From an uncultured Acidobacteriota bacterium (GTDB lineage: Bacteria; Acidobacteriota; Vicinamibacteria; Vicinamibacterales; UBA8438), in NCBI GenBank assembly GCA_913043225.1, contig CAJWLU010000002.1, forward strand, positions 91,457 through 155,456: 64,000 bases of DNA, given 5' to 3'. The notes beneath the pieces were generated by a model. It made no database searches. It worked only from the letters and a program-made list of their open reading frames with translations, and was not told the DNA's origin. Made by a program: the position numbers and the translations under genes. Below are positions 44,186-55,943 of this stretch, piece by piece; position 1 is the stretch's first letter; each line of letters starts with the position of its first letter.

Positions 44186-44496
44186 GCAGGCTAGTTCTGA
44201 CTATTCGGTCCAGAGTAGAACGTGTTCACGGTCGCCGTTCTCGCGGGTGAAGCTGATCCGGGCTTTTTTGAGAGTAGTCTCGTCGATGTCGACGTTGCTG
44301 AGAAACACGCAGGTGCTGAGGCCGATCAGCACCTGCACACCGATGAGTCTGAAGACGGCCAGGGTCGTCAGGTCATGATGACGGTGCGCCGGGTAGACCG
44401 GCGCCCGGGCCGCGGAGAAGCGGTGGCGGTCATCTATCCACGGTGACGACAGTGAGTGTCGAAGTCCCACCTGACGCCAAGCGGAGAGAACCCGTG

Positions 44497-45681
44497 TTAG
44501 CGCCGATAGCCGTTCTTGCGCAGCCGCTTTGCGGCATTGACGCCGCGCCGGTCGCGGCCGTCGTCGCACAGGTCTTCGGCTCGGTTGTAGTAGTCGCGGG
44601 CCAAGCTCCGATCGCCCGACAGGTCGGCGAGCTTACCAAGTTCCAGATGCGTGCGCCCCTGCACCCAGAGCCGAGCGTCGTACTCGAGCGCCATCAGCAG
44701 ATCGTCCTGGGCTGGACCATCGCGATCTAGCTCCAGCCAGGTGGCGCCACGCAGGTAGTGCCAGAGCGCCTCTTCACCGAACATGCGCACCCGCTTGTCT
44801 GTTTTCATCCGGTCGAAGCCCTCGCTGAGACGAGCGGCCGCCAGGGCCGGTCGGTCGTCCCGGAGGGCGGTGGCGGCCGTCTCCAGCCAGAGCAGCCGGT
44901 TGCGTGGGTATTGCCGGCGGAGGGTTCTGAGCACGCGCTGGGCTGCGCCGAATCGACCTTCCCGGTTGTAGAGCAGGACCAGACCGAACTGCGCTTCGCT
45001 CCCAATCTCACCTCCGGCCTCGGCTGCCTGCCGGATCAGGTCGAGGCCCTGTTGTCGGTTCGCGCCGAATCCCACCAGCCTCGCCATCATCCGGACCGGG
45101 AACGGGAGCGTCGAGACCAGGTAGCGATAGGTGCCGACCACCAGCATCGCGTCCTTCCGACCAGGTTCTAGCTCCAGCACCTTCTCGTGCGCCGAGTAAG
45201 CGGCTTTGGCCGGTCGCAACGCCGCCAACGTTTTGCCCTCGATGGTAGCTATGTAGGAGGCCGCCAACGCCAGCGACGCCCCGAGCTCGTAGTAGGCGTT
45301 CGGATCCCGCGGCGCGGTATCGACCAGCGCCTCAGAGAGTGCGATCGCCCTTTCCGAATGGGTCCTGAAGATTTCCGCCAACTCCTCGGGCGGCTTCGGC
45401 ATGTCACGGTTCTTCGGGGTGACGCTACTCAGGTAGTCGTCGATTGTCATCGACCCACGTAGGAACAGGATCCGCATCCAGGTGATGGCGGCCAGGCTTC
45501 GGTGGGCCGCAGGGCTACCGGGATTCTCCGCAACCGCCTGCTGCAGCGTTACGATTGCCTCGTCATGGTCGAGGTTGTACGCCTGTTCGAAGCCGAGGAG
45601 CAGTGAGTCATCCGGCTCTGCCGACAGAGAAGCGGCAGCAGCGAGAGACACGACGAGCGGGAGGAGTAGCGTCCGGTACAT
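44497..45681 (-). CDS. Exported TPR-repeat protein
   Basis: Signal peptide MYRTLLLPLVVSLAAAASLSA, with TPR-like helical repeats throughout. The ORF track extends to 45879. Confidence 0.7.
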   Translation of the reverse strand: MYRTLLLPLVVSLAAAASLSAEPDDSLLLGFEQAYNLDHDEAIVTLQQAVAENPGSPAAHRSLAAITWMRILFLRGSMTIDDYLSSVTPKNRDMPKPPEELAEIFRTHSERAIALSEALVDTAPRDPNAYYELGASLALAASYIATIEGKTLAALRPAKAAYSAHEKVLELEPGRKDAMLVVGTYRYLVSTLPFPVRMMARLVGFGANRQQGLDLIRQAAEAGGEIGSEAQFGLVLLYNREGRFGAAQRVLRTLRRQYPRNRLLWLETAATALRDDRPALAAARLSEGFDRMKTDKRVRMFGEEALWHYLRGATWLELDRDGPAQDDLLMALEYDARLWVQGRTHLELGKLADLSGDRSLARDYYNRAEDLCDDGRDRRGVNAAKRLRKNGYRR

Positions 45682-45696
45682 GTGGAACCGTGCCCT

Positions 45697-46710
45697 ATGA
45701 TAGCGGACGTGATTCGGCGTATCGAAACGATAGATGCCCACGTGGCTGGGCAAGGCGTGCGGATGATTACCGGAGGCTTTCCGGCGCCCGAGGGTTCGAC
45801 GATGCTCGAGAAGCAGGCGTGGTTGCACGAGCATAACGATGATCTCCGGCGGGCGCTGATGCGGGAGCCCAGAGGGCACGCAGGGATGTCGGGCGTGATG
45901 CTAACCACCCCCTGCGATCCTGAGGCGCTGGCCGGGGTGTTGTTCATGGATGCCGACGGCTACAGCACGATGTCAGGTCACGGTGTGATCGCGGCCGCTA
46001 CCATCGCCCTCGATCGGGACCTCATCGGCGTGATGGGTGAACCCGTGGCCATGACGCTGGAGTCGCCAGCCGGCCTCGTTCGGGTCGACGCGCGTGGCCC
46101 CGAATCTGGCGGGCAAGTGTCGTCGGTGAGCTTCGAGAACGTGCCGTCGTTCGTGCTGCATCCGGCTGTGCCGGTCCCGCTCGACGACCGGGAGGTTCCC
46201 GTTGATGTGGCCTTCGGCGGAGCGTTTTACGCGATCGTCGATAGCGAGACCGTGGGCGTTCCTCTCCGTCGTCAGGGGATTGGCAGATTACGTGAAGTTG
46301 GTCTCCGGATCGCGCGCGAGGTCGAGCGTCTCGTCACGGTCGAGCATCCTGTTCGTCCCGGACTCGCTGGCGTGCATGGGACCATCTTCACGGGACCTCC
46401 AGAGCGAGAAGACGCGGCGCTACGAAATCTGACCGTATTCTCAGACGGGCAGGTCGAGCGGTCACCGGGTGGCTGCGGCATCGCGGCCGTGATGGCCGTC
46501 CTTGACGCCATGCAGCTGATCGAGGTGGGCTTCCGACTGGTGCACGAGAGTCTGGCGGATACCCGACTAACCGCCGTCGTTCGTCGGCGGGTCGCCGTGG
46601 GAGAACTCGATGGCATCATGCCAGAGATCACCGGCGCCGCCTGGATCACCGGCGAGCACACCTTCCTGATCGACGACGAGGATCCGCTTGCCGAGGGGTT
46701 TGAGTTCTGA
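45697..46710 (+). CDS. Proline racemase / hydroxyproline epimerase-dehydratase superfamily protein with atypical catalytic positions
   Basis: IETIDAHVAGQGVRMITGG, STMSGHG and ERSPGGCGIAAV match the family fold. The ORF opens at GTG 45682. Confidence 0.75.
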   Translation: MIADVIRRIETIDAHVAGQGVRMITGGFPAPEGSTMLEKQAWLHEHNDDLRRALMREPRGHAGMSGVMLTTPCDPEALAGVLFMDADGYSTMSGHGVIAAATIALDRDLIGVMGEPVAMTLESPAGLVRVDARGPESGGQVSSVSFENVPSFVLHPAVPVPLDDREVPVDVAFGGAFYAIVDSETVGVPLRRQGIGRLREVGLRIAREVERLVTVEHPVRPGLAGVHGTIFTGPPEREDAALRNLTVFSDGQVERSPGGCGIAAVMAVLDAMQLIEVGFRLVHESLADTRLTAVVRRRVAVGELDGIMPEITGAAWITGEHTFLIDDEDPLAEGFEF

Positions 46711-46720
46711 GGGGCCAGCA

Positions 46721-48343
46721 TTACCATCCCAACGCGACTCCGTCCTTTCTCGGATCCGATCCTCCCATCAGAACGCCGGAGTCCTGGTCGACGAGCACGC
46801 CTTGGAAGCCGCCAAAGCCGAGGTCGGGGCCGGCCCGGTGACCGCGGTTGACGAGATCGGTCAGCACACGGGCGTCGACGCCTGCTTCGAGCGAGATGCC
46901 GGAGGGGTCGTAGCGGGCGCGCGGCGCTTCGCCCGCCTGCTGGATATTCATTCCGAAACAGACCAGGTTGAGCAGCACCTGAAGGTGCCCCTGGGGCTGC
47001 ATGTCTCCGCCCATTACCCCGTAGGCGAGCCAGGGACGCCCGTCCCGATGGGCCAATGCCGGCGCCAGCGTGTGGAGCGGCCGCTTGGACGGGGCCAGCA
47101 CGTTCGCGTGGTCAGGGTCGGTGGTGAACATCGCGCCGCGATTGTGGAGGACGATACCCGTCTCTCCAGCCACGATGCCTGAGCCGAATCCGGCATACAA
47201 CGACTGGATGAGCGAGACTAGGTTGCCCTGATCGTCGGCGGCCGCCAGGTAAACGGTGTCTCCGGCTGCCTGACTACCGCCGCTGGCCGGAGTCACTGGG
47301 CTGCTGTTGCTCTGTGTGCGGTCCATGCGGATCTGCTGGCGCCGTTCTCGTGCGTACTCCTTCGAGATCAGCCGGGCCAGCGTCTCGGCCGGTACGGCGT
47401 CGGGGTCGGCCAGGTGTGCCGCGCGATCCGCGAACGCGATCGCCAGCGCCTCGATCACGAGGTGCAGATAGTCGGCGCCGTTGTGCTCCAGCGTTTCCAG
47501 CGGTTCGTCGTTTAGGACGTTCAGTGCCTCGAGGGCGACGAAGCCCTGCGTGTTCGGTGGGAGCTCGATGAGCTCGATGTTTCGAAACGAGGTCCTAATC
47601 GGGTCGACCGCGTCTGATCGATGCGCCGCGAGATCTCGTGCGGTCAGCCATCCACCACGTTGCTCGATATCGCCGCCGATCGCCTCGGCCAGTGCCCCCT
47701 GATAGAAGACCCGCGGGCCTTCTTCGGCGATGGCCGACAGACTGGCGGCCAGTCGCGGATTGGCGAACCGCTCCCCGGGGGCTGGGGGGCGACCGTCTGG
47801 GAGGAAGGTGGCGGCGGCGGCCGGATCGGTCGCCAGTAGCGGCGCCGCGTCCTGCCATTGGCGAGCCACGACCTCGTTCACTGGGAACCCCTCCCGGGCG
47901 CAGCCGATCGCCGGTTCGAGCGCGTCGGCCAGCGAGATCGTACCGTGGGCGGCGAGGAGCTTCGCCCACCCGTCCACGGCTCCCGGGACCGTGATCGGGA
48001 GGAGCCCCGAATCGGGCATCTGGTCGTGCCCCTGCTGTCGCAGTGTGTCCACCGAGGCTGCCGCCGGGGTTCGACCGCTCGCGTTCAGACCATGGGTTCG
48101 GCCGTCGTCGCCAGCGTGGACCAGCGCGAATAAGTCGCCTCCGATGCCGGTCATGCTCGGTTCGACGACCGTCAGTACCGCGGCGGCCGTGACCGCTGCG
48201 TCGATGGCATTGCCGCCCTGTCGGAGCACGTCTAGGCCGGCTACCGACGCCTGGGGCTGGCTGGTGGCGACCATACCCTTCTGTCCCAGGGCCACCGAGC
48301 GTGAGCCGCGGGTCTCGAGGCTGGGGGCTCCAGGCGTAGTCAC
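46721..48343 (-). CDS. ggt: Gamma-glutamyltransferase
   Basis: GGNAIDAAVTAAAVLTVVEP, DTVYLAAADDQGNLVSLIQSLY and PLHTLAP. The GTG start overlaps the upstream stop (GTGA). Confidence 0.85.
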   Translation of the reverse strand: MTTPGAPSLETRGSRSVALGQKGMVATSQPQASVAGLDVLRQGGNAIDAAVTAAAVLTVVEPSMTGIGGDLFALVHAGDDGRTHGLNASGRTPAAASVDTLRQQGHDQMPDSGLLPITVPGAVDGWAKLLAAHGTISLADALEPAIGCAREGFPVNEVVARQWQDAAPLLATDPAAAATFLPDGRPPAPGERFANPRLAASLSAIAEEGPRVFYQGALAEAIGGDIEQRGGWLTARDLAAHRSDAVDPIRTSFRNIELIELPPNTQGFVALEALNVLNDEPLETLEHNGADYLHLVIEALAIAFADRAAHLADPDAVPAETLARLISKEYARERRQQIRMDRTQSNSSPVTPASGGSQAAGDTVYLAAADDQGNLVSLIQSLYAGFGSGIVAGETGIVLHNRGAMFTTDPDHANVLAPSKRPLHTLAPALAHRDGRPWLAYGVMGGDMQPQGHLQVLLNLVCFGMNIQQAGEAPRARYDPSGISLEAGVDARVLTDLVNRGHRAGPDLGFGGFQGVLVDQDSGVLMGGSDPRKDGVALGW

Positions 48344-48903
48344 ATGTAGTTCCGGGCGATCTCGACGAAGCGCGTCAGCTCCCGCTCATGCTCGTCGAGA
48401 ATGTCGTGGCTCCAGCGCTCGGCCAAGGTTTGATGCACCGTCTCTTGATACCAGACCATGTCGGAGAGTCCGGCCGTGAACACGTCCGCAAAGCTAGGCC
48501 CGTACTCTTCCAGCCCGGCAACCATGCTCGAGAGGTTGTGGATCTTGTCGGCCGACGCCACGGCCCGCGCATCGTCGCGAGGGGTGTCTCGAATCTGGGT
48601 GATATAGGAGTCTTTGCGGGTGCGCCAGCTGACTCTGCGTGGCGGCTCGGTCACGTCCTCCACGGTGGCCAGCACGTCGGGACCGAAGCGTCGCTCGATG
48701 ATCTTGCGTTCGAGGTCCGTGTCTTCGAGCGTGTCGTGGAGGATGCCCGCGATGACGGCGTTCTCGTTGAAGCCGGAGTCTTTGACGATTAGCCCGACCG
48801 CCAGAACGTGGGTGGCTTCGAAGCTACGGCCGCTCTTGCGTCGGCCGAGCCCGTGAGCCTCGAGCATCGTCGTGATCGCGAGCTCGATGCGGGGTGAAAG
48901 CAT
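48340..48903 (-). CDS. HD-domain (p)ppGpp-hydrolase-like protein (small alarmone hydrolase type)
   Basis: THVLAVGLIV...AGILHDTLEDTD matches the RelA/SpoT hydrolase HD motif. It is a single domain of 187 aa. Confidence 0.75.
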   Translation of the reverse strand: MLSPRIELAITTMLEAHGLGRRKSGRSFEATHVLAVGLIVKDSGFNENAVIAGILHDTLEDTDLERKIIERRFGPDVLATVEDVTEPPRRVSWRTRKDSYITQIRDTPRDDARAVASADKIHNLSSMVAGLEEYGPSFADVFTAGLSDMVWYQETVHQTLAERWSHDILDEHERELTRFVEIARNYM

Positions 48904-48921
48904 GAAGCGGTCGACGGTAGG

Positions 48922-49818
48922 CTACTGGGTGGGTGCGACGTAGCTGCGTCGAGCGCGGGCTCGCATGCCAGGATTGTTGACCCGGACTTCGAGGTCGTGG
49001 ACCTCACCGTCGCGGCGGGTCGGCGTGAACCCGAGCACGTACTGGCTGTGCAGCTCCTGGGCGACCCTGGTAAAGGTCGATCCCAGCTCATCGGTATCTT
49101 TCAGCTCGAAGTAGCCACCGCCGGTCTCTTCGGCAAAGTCTTCGAGTCGACCATCGGGTCGCGTCTTCGTGAAGCGTAGGCCGTTGTGATACTCCGCTTC
49201 CATGCCGATGGAGTAGATCATCACGTCGTTGACACGCGCCTCCTCGACCACGTCTCGCCAGCCGGTGTCACCCATCGTGTTCTCCCCGTCGGTGAACACC
49301 AGCACGACCTTACGCCCCTCGACATCCTTCAGTTCTTGGATGCTGGCGGCTACTGCGTCGTAGAGTCGCGTCGGGTTGCCGAACTGCAGCCGGTCGAGCG
49401 CTTCGATCAGTTCGTCGCGGTCTCCGGTGAACCCGGTCTCGGGCAGGATCTGGATCTTGGCGTTGAAGGCGCCAACCTTACCCTTATCTTCGGGCAGCAT
49501 CCTGATTAGAAACTGCTCGGCACCGGCCATCAGAAGATCGAGGTTTAGTGTCATGCTGGAGCTCGTGTCCAGCATCACGACTACGGTGATCGGGCGTACG
49601 TCACTCTCGAAGAGGACGATTTCCTGTTCCTCGCCCTCGTCGAAGATCGCGAAGTCTTCCTGGAGTAGACCCGGGACCAGGCGGCCGTTATCTTCGGTCA
49701 CGGTCACGAACAGGTCGACCAGTTCGGTGCCGGACCGGAACAAGGGCTGCTGAGCGGCGATGGCGGCCACCGAGAGTGCCGTGGCGAGTAGCGCGATAGC
49801 GGTCGTGTGTCTGCGCAT
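48922..49818 (-). CDS. Exported VWA-domain protein (Acidobacteria-type VWFA-related family)
   Basis: Signal peptide; FRSGTELVDLFVTVTEDNGRLVPGLLQEDFAIFDEGEEQ; a MIDAS-like VVMLDTSSSM motif. Confidence 0.8.
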   Translation of the reverse strand: MRRHTTAIALLATALSVAAIAAQQPLFRSGTELVDLFVTVTEDNGRLVPGLLQEDFAIFDEGEEQEIVLFESDVRPITVVVMLDTSSSMTLNLDLLMAGAEQFLIRMLPEDKGKVGAFNAKIQILPETGFTGDRDELIEALDRLQFGNPTRLYDAVAASIQELKDVEGRKVVLVFTDGENTMGDTGWRDVVEEARVNDVMIYSIGMEAEYHNGLRFTKTRPDGRLEDFAEETGGGYFELKDTDELGSTFTRVAQELHSQYVLGFTPTRRDGEVHDLEVRVNNPGMRARARRSYVAPTQ

Positions 49819-49898
49819 GATCCGAGCTTAGCAAGCTTCCGAGAGAGCGCGCAAATTTGCGTAGGCTGGGGTGGTAGGAGATCTCTCAGATAACGGCA

Positions 49899-49936
49899 TT
49901 GACAATATATATCCATAAATAAATATTTATAGATAT
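49899..49936 (+). promoter_or_regulatory. AT-rich promoter/operator island: TTGACA-N19-TATTTA and a 28-bp near-palindrome overlapping the start codon
   Basis: ATATCCATAAATA-aa-TATTTATAGATAT (12/13 arm matches, 49909-49936) contains the perfect 12-bp palindrome ATAAATATTTAT (49919-49930). This is the only strongly AT-rich stretch for several kb. Confidence 0.45.
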
Positions 49937-50891
49937 GAGGGAAGCGAGTAGCCTATTCCGCCTGCTGGGCGACGAAGCTCGTCTCCGATTGTTGCGTCTG
50001 CTGACCAGGGAACGTCTCAACGTCAGCGAGTTGACCGCCGTGCTGGGCATCGCCCAGTCGGGGGTCTCTCGCCACGTCGGTTTGCTTCGTGACGCCGGGC
50101 TGGTGTGCGACGAGCGCGTCGGGGGCTTCACGTTTCTGCGTGCCGAGCCTGACGAACAGGATCCGACCCTTGGTCCGATCTGGGTGCTGCTTCGCACTCA
50201 TTTCGAGCGCACCAACGGCGACGACGCTGTCCGCGGCGACGAGGTTCGGCTTCGTGAGGTGCTCCGACGCCGGCGGCAGAATGCCGAGCTCCATAGCGCT
50301 GGGCAAGGGGCTGCAGTGAGCCAGATGGTGCCGGGACGTAGCTGGGCCGCCTGGGCCCGAGGACTCGGGTTGCTGCTGCCGTCGTGGACGGTGGCGGACC
50401 TTGGCTGTGGCGAGGGGCATCTGACGCTGGAACTGGCCGCGTGGGCGGAGCGGGTGATCGGAGTGGACCGGTCCGAACAGGTGCTGGCGAGGGCTCGCTC
50501 GCTCGCGGGTGACCGAGGTATCGAGAACGTGGAATGGCGGCGCGGCGAGATCGAGGAGTTGCCTCTCGAGTCCGGCATGGCCGATCTGGCCGTGCTGTCG
50601 CAGGCGCTGCACCATGCCGACGACCCGAGACGGGCGTTGTCGGAGGCAGTCCGGATCCTGACGCAGGGAGGGCGACTGCTGCTGCTCGATCTACGGCGCC
50701 ACGAAGAGACCTGGACGCGTGAGCGGTTCGGCGACCGCTGGCCTGGCTTCGCGGACGACCAGCTTTACGAGATGATGACCGCCGCCGGTTTCGACACGGT
50801 GCGGGTGCGGCCGGTGACGTCGGCCGATGAAAATGCTCCCTTCGCCGTGGTGGCGGCCGTCGGCGTTCGAACAGGAGCGCCGGCGAGTTAG
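49935..50891 (+). CDS. sahR: ArsR-type wHTH fused to a SAM-methyltransferase-like domain (SahR-type regulator)
   Basis: [48 protein letters not shown] plus [16 protein letters not shown]. It lies 23 nt upstream of metH. Confidence 0.6.
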   Translation: MREASSLFRLLGDEARLRLLRLLTRERLNVSELTAVLGIAQSGVSRHVGLLRDAGLVCDERVGGFTFLRAEPDEQDPTLGPIWVLLRTHFERTNGDDAVRGDEVRLREVLRRRRQNAELHSAGQGAAVSQMVPGRSWAAWARGLGLLLPSWTVADLGCGEGHLTLELAAWAERVIGVDRSEQVLARARSLAGDRGIENVEWRRGEIEELPLESGMADLAVLSQALHHADDPRRALSEAVRILTQGGRLLLLDLRRHEETWTRERFGDRWPGFADDQLYEMMTAAGFDTVRVRPVTSADENAPFAVVAAVGVRTGAPAS

Positions 50892-50914
50892 ACGAAGGAA
50901 GGACACGCGGGACG

Positions 50915-54637
<3,723 letters not shown>

Positions 54638-55045
54638 CTATTCGCCGAGGTGCAGCACCAACTGCCGGGTCGAGCCGCGGCGCCGGTGTTCCCACAAGTA
54701 GATCCCCTGCCAGGTTCCCAATGCGAGACGTCCCGCGACGATTGGGACTGAGAGGGTCGTTGAGGTCAGCGCCGACCGGATGTGGGAGGGCATGTCGTCT
54801 GGGCCTTCCAGTGTGTGGGTGAAGTTCGGGTCGTTCTCCGGGACGTGCCGGTCCAGCCAGTTCTCCAGGTCCCGCCGGGCTGATGGGTCGGCGTTTTCCT
54901 GGATACTCAGGCTGGCCGACGTGTGCTGGATTAGGATGGTGCAGAGCCCCTCGGTGAGCCTGCTGTCGGCGACCGCCTGCGCGATCTCGCGCGTCACGTC
55001 GAGGAGCCCCTTGCCAGGGGTCGGGATACTGATCTGTCGGATCAT
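54638..55045 (-). CDS. yjbQ: YjbQ/UPF0047-family protein (secondary thiamine-phosphate synthase type)
   Basis: GLCTILIQHTSASLSIQENADP...HIRSALTSTTLSVPI...LGTWQGIYLWEHR. The ORF track extends to 55723 as an implausible R/G/P-rich N-terminus. Confidence 0.85.
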   Translation of the reverse strand: MIRQISIPTPGKGLLDVTREIAQAVADSRLTEGLCTILIQHTSASLSIQENADPSARRDLENWLDRHVPENDPNFTHTLEGPDDMPSHIRSALTSTTLSVPIVAGRLALGTWQGIYLWEHRRRGSTRQLVLHLGE

Positions 55046-55218
55046 GTCGTTGGCCTCTTCCGCGCCGCCGTGAAGGTTTCGAGTTCTTCCAGTGCCTTCA
55101 GCCGGTTGCTTTTCAGCAGCCGAGACAGCGACCGGTCGACCGAGTAGACCTTCTGGCCTTGGTTCTGTCCGACTGGTGGGTTCACTGACCAAAGGACGAT
55201 CGAATCCCCAAAACGCAC
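55042..55218 (-). CDS. Candidate 58-aa ORF coupled to yjbQ (below the ORF-track size cut-off)
   Basis: Hand translation from GTG 55218: RFGDSIVLWSVNPPVGQNQGQKVYSVDRSLSRLLKSNRLKALEELETFTAARKRPTT. Its TGA overlaps the yjbQ ATG (ATGA). No family was recognised. Confidence 0.25.
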   Translation of the reverse strand: MRFGDSIVLWSVNPPVGQNQGQKVYSVDRSLSRLLKSNRLKALEELETFTAARKRPTT

Positions 55219-55338
55219 CCGCTAGGGCAGTTACCAGGTCGTACGAGCTCGTAGCCGCTCCGCGTATACCGTTAAGTCCTGGGATTCTGGCATGCCGACT
55301 GACAACCTTCGTCAGTGTAAGATCACCGACTGGCATTG

Positions 55339-55932
55339 ATGGAATATCACATTCGCCAGTACGGCCTGCAGCAGGGCGCACTCGAGATTCAGTACATCGA
55401 GGAGTACTTCGGCGAGTTTCCGCGTCGGAAGACTTCGTCTGAGGTTGTGGGCCGCCTCGACAACCGGGATCATCAGATCCTGATGGCCGAGGCCGCGCTC
55501 CCCGATGACCCGGGGACCGTTGTGCCGGTAGCCTACAAGGTGTCGCACGAGCTGAAGGTGGGCGAGACCGACCCGAAGCTTGCTGATCTGGTACACCGCC
55601 TCGGCGCGCACGTCGCCTTCCAGAACCGCCGCGTGCTCTACAGCTGGATTGGGGGCACCCGCCGTGACTGGCGCGGCCAAGGCTTCTTCCGCGCCCTGAC
55701 CGAGCAGCAGGAGGCGTGGGCACTCGACAACGGCTTCGACGAAGTGGTGGTTAAGACCAAGAACCGCTTCTATGCGATGCGGAGCACACTCGATCATCTC
55801 GAGTTCAACGTCATCAAATTGGAGCCGAGCGAGGAAGACCCACGCGAGTCGAAGGTCTATCTCAGCAAGTGGCTCGGCCGCGAGGTGCTCGATGGGCACC
55901 GAAGCACGCGTGAGGTCATTAACGTCGGCTGA
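55339..55932 (+). CDS. GNAT-family N-acetyltransferase
   Basis: IGGTRRDWRGQGFFRALTEQQEAWALDNGF is acetyl-CoA motif A (R-x-x-G-x-G). TTG 55336 is an alternative start. Confidence 0.7.
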   Translation: MEYHIRQYGLQQGALEIQYIEEYFGEFPRRKTSSEVVGRLDNRDHQILMAEAALPDDPGTVVPVAYKVSHELKVGETDPKLADLVHRLGAHVAFQNRRVLYSWIGGTRRDWRGQGFFRALTEQQEAWALDNGFDEVVVKTKNRFYAMRSTLDHLEFNVIKLEPSEEDPRESKVYLSKWLGREVLDGHRSTREVINVG

Positions 55933-55943
55933 TCTGGTCCCCC

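Noticed and set aside
44201-44569. A 122-aa minus-strand ORF lies between the TPR gene and the small CxxCH gene. Its C-terminal part contains a hydrophobic stretch (LAVFRLIGVQVLIGLSTCVFL).
   Set aside because: The N-terminal two-thirds overlaps the TPR gene in another frame and is Arg-rich junk. No ATG, and no convincing GTG with an SD, precedes the hydrophobic segment. The downstream gene has its own promoter-like hexamers.
50892-50914. I looked for a cobalamin or SAM riboswitch upstream of metH, pduO and the sahR-like gene.
   Set aside because: The upstream spacers are only 23 nt (metH), 17 nt (pduO) and about 115 nt of AT-rich promoter DNA (sahR-like). These are too short, or compositionally wrong, for those riboswitch folds.
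55197-55224. The sequence GATCGAATCCCCAAAACGCACCCGCTA resembles the 3-prime T-arm and acceptor of the tRNA-Glu at 38858-38932 (TTCGAATCCCCGTACCGCTA). It could be an att-like remnant near the edge of the second low-GC block.
   Set aside because: Only a 10-nt exact core (TCGAATCCCC) plus a loose second match is shared, which can occur by chance in 64 kb on two strands. There is no complementary T-stem 5-prime half, no integrase, and it is 16 kb from the tRNA with housekeeping genes (metH, ggt) in between.
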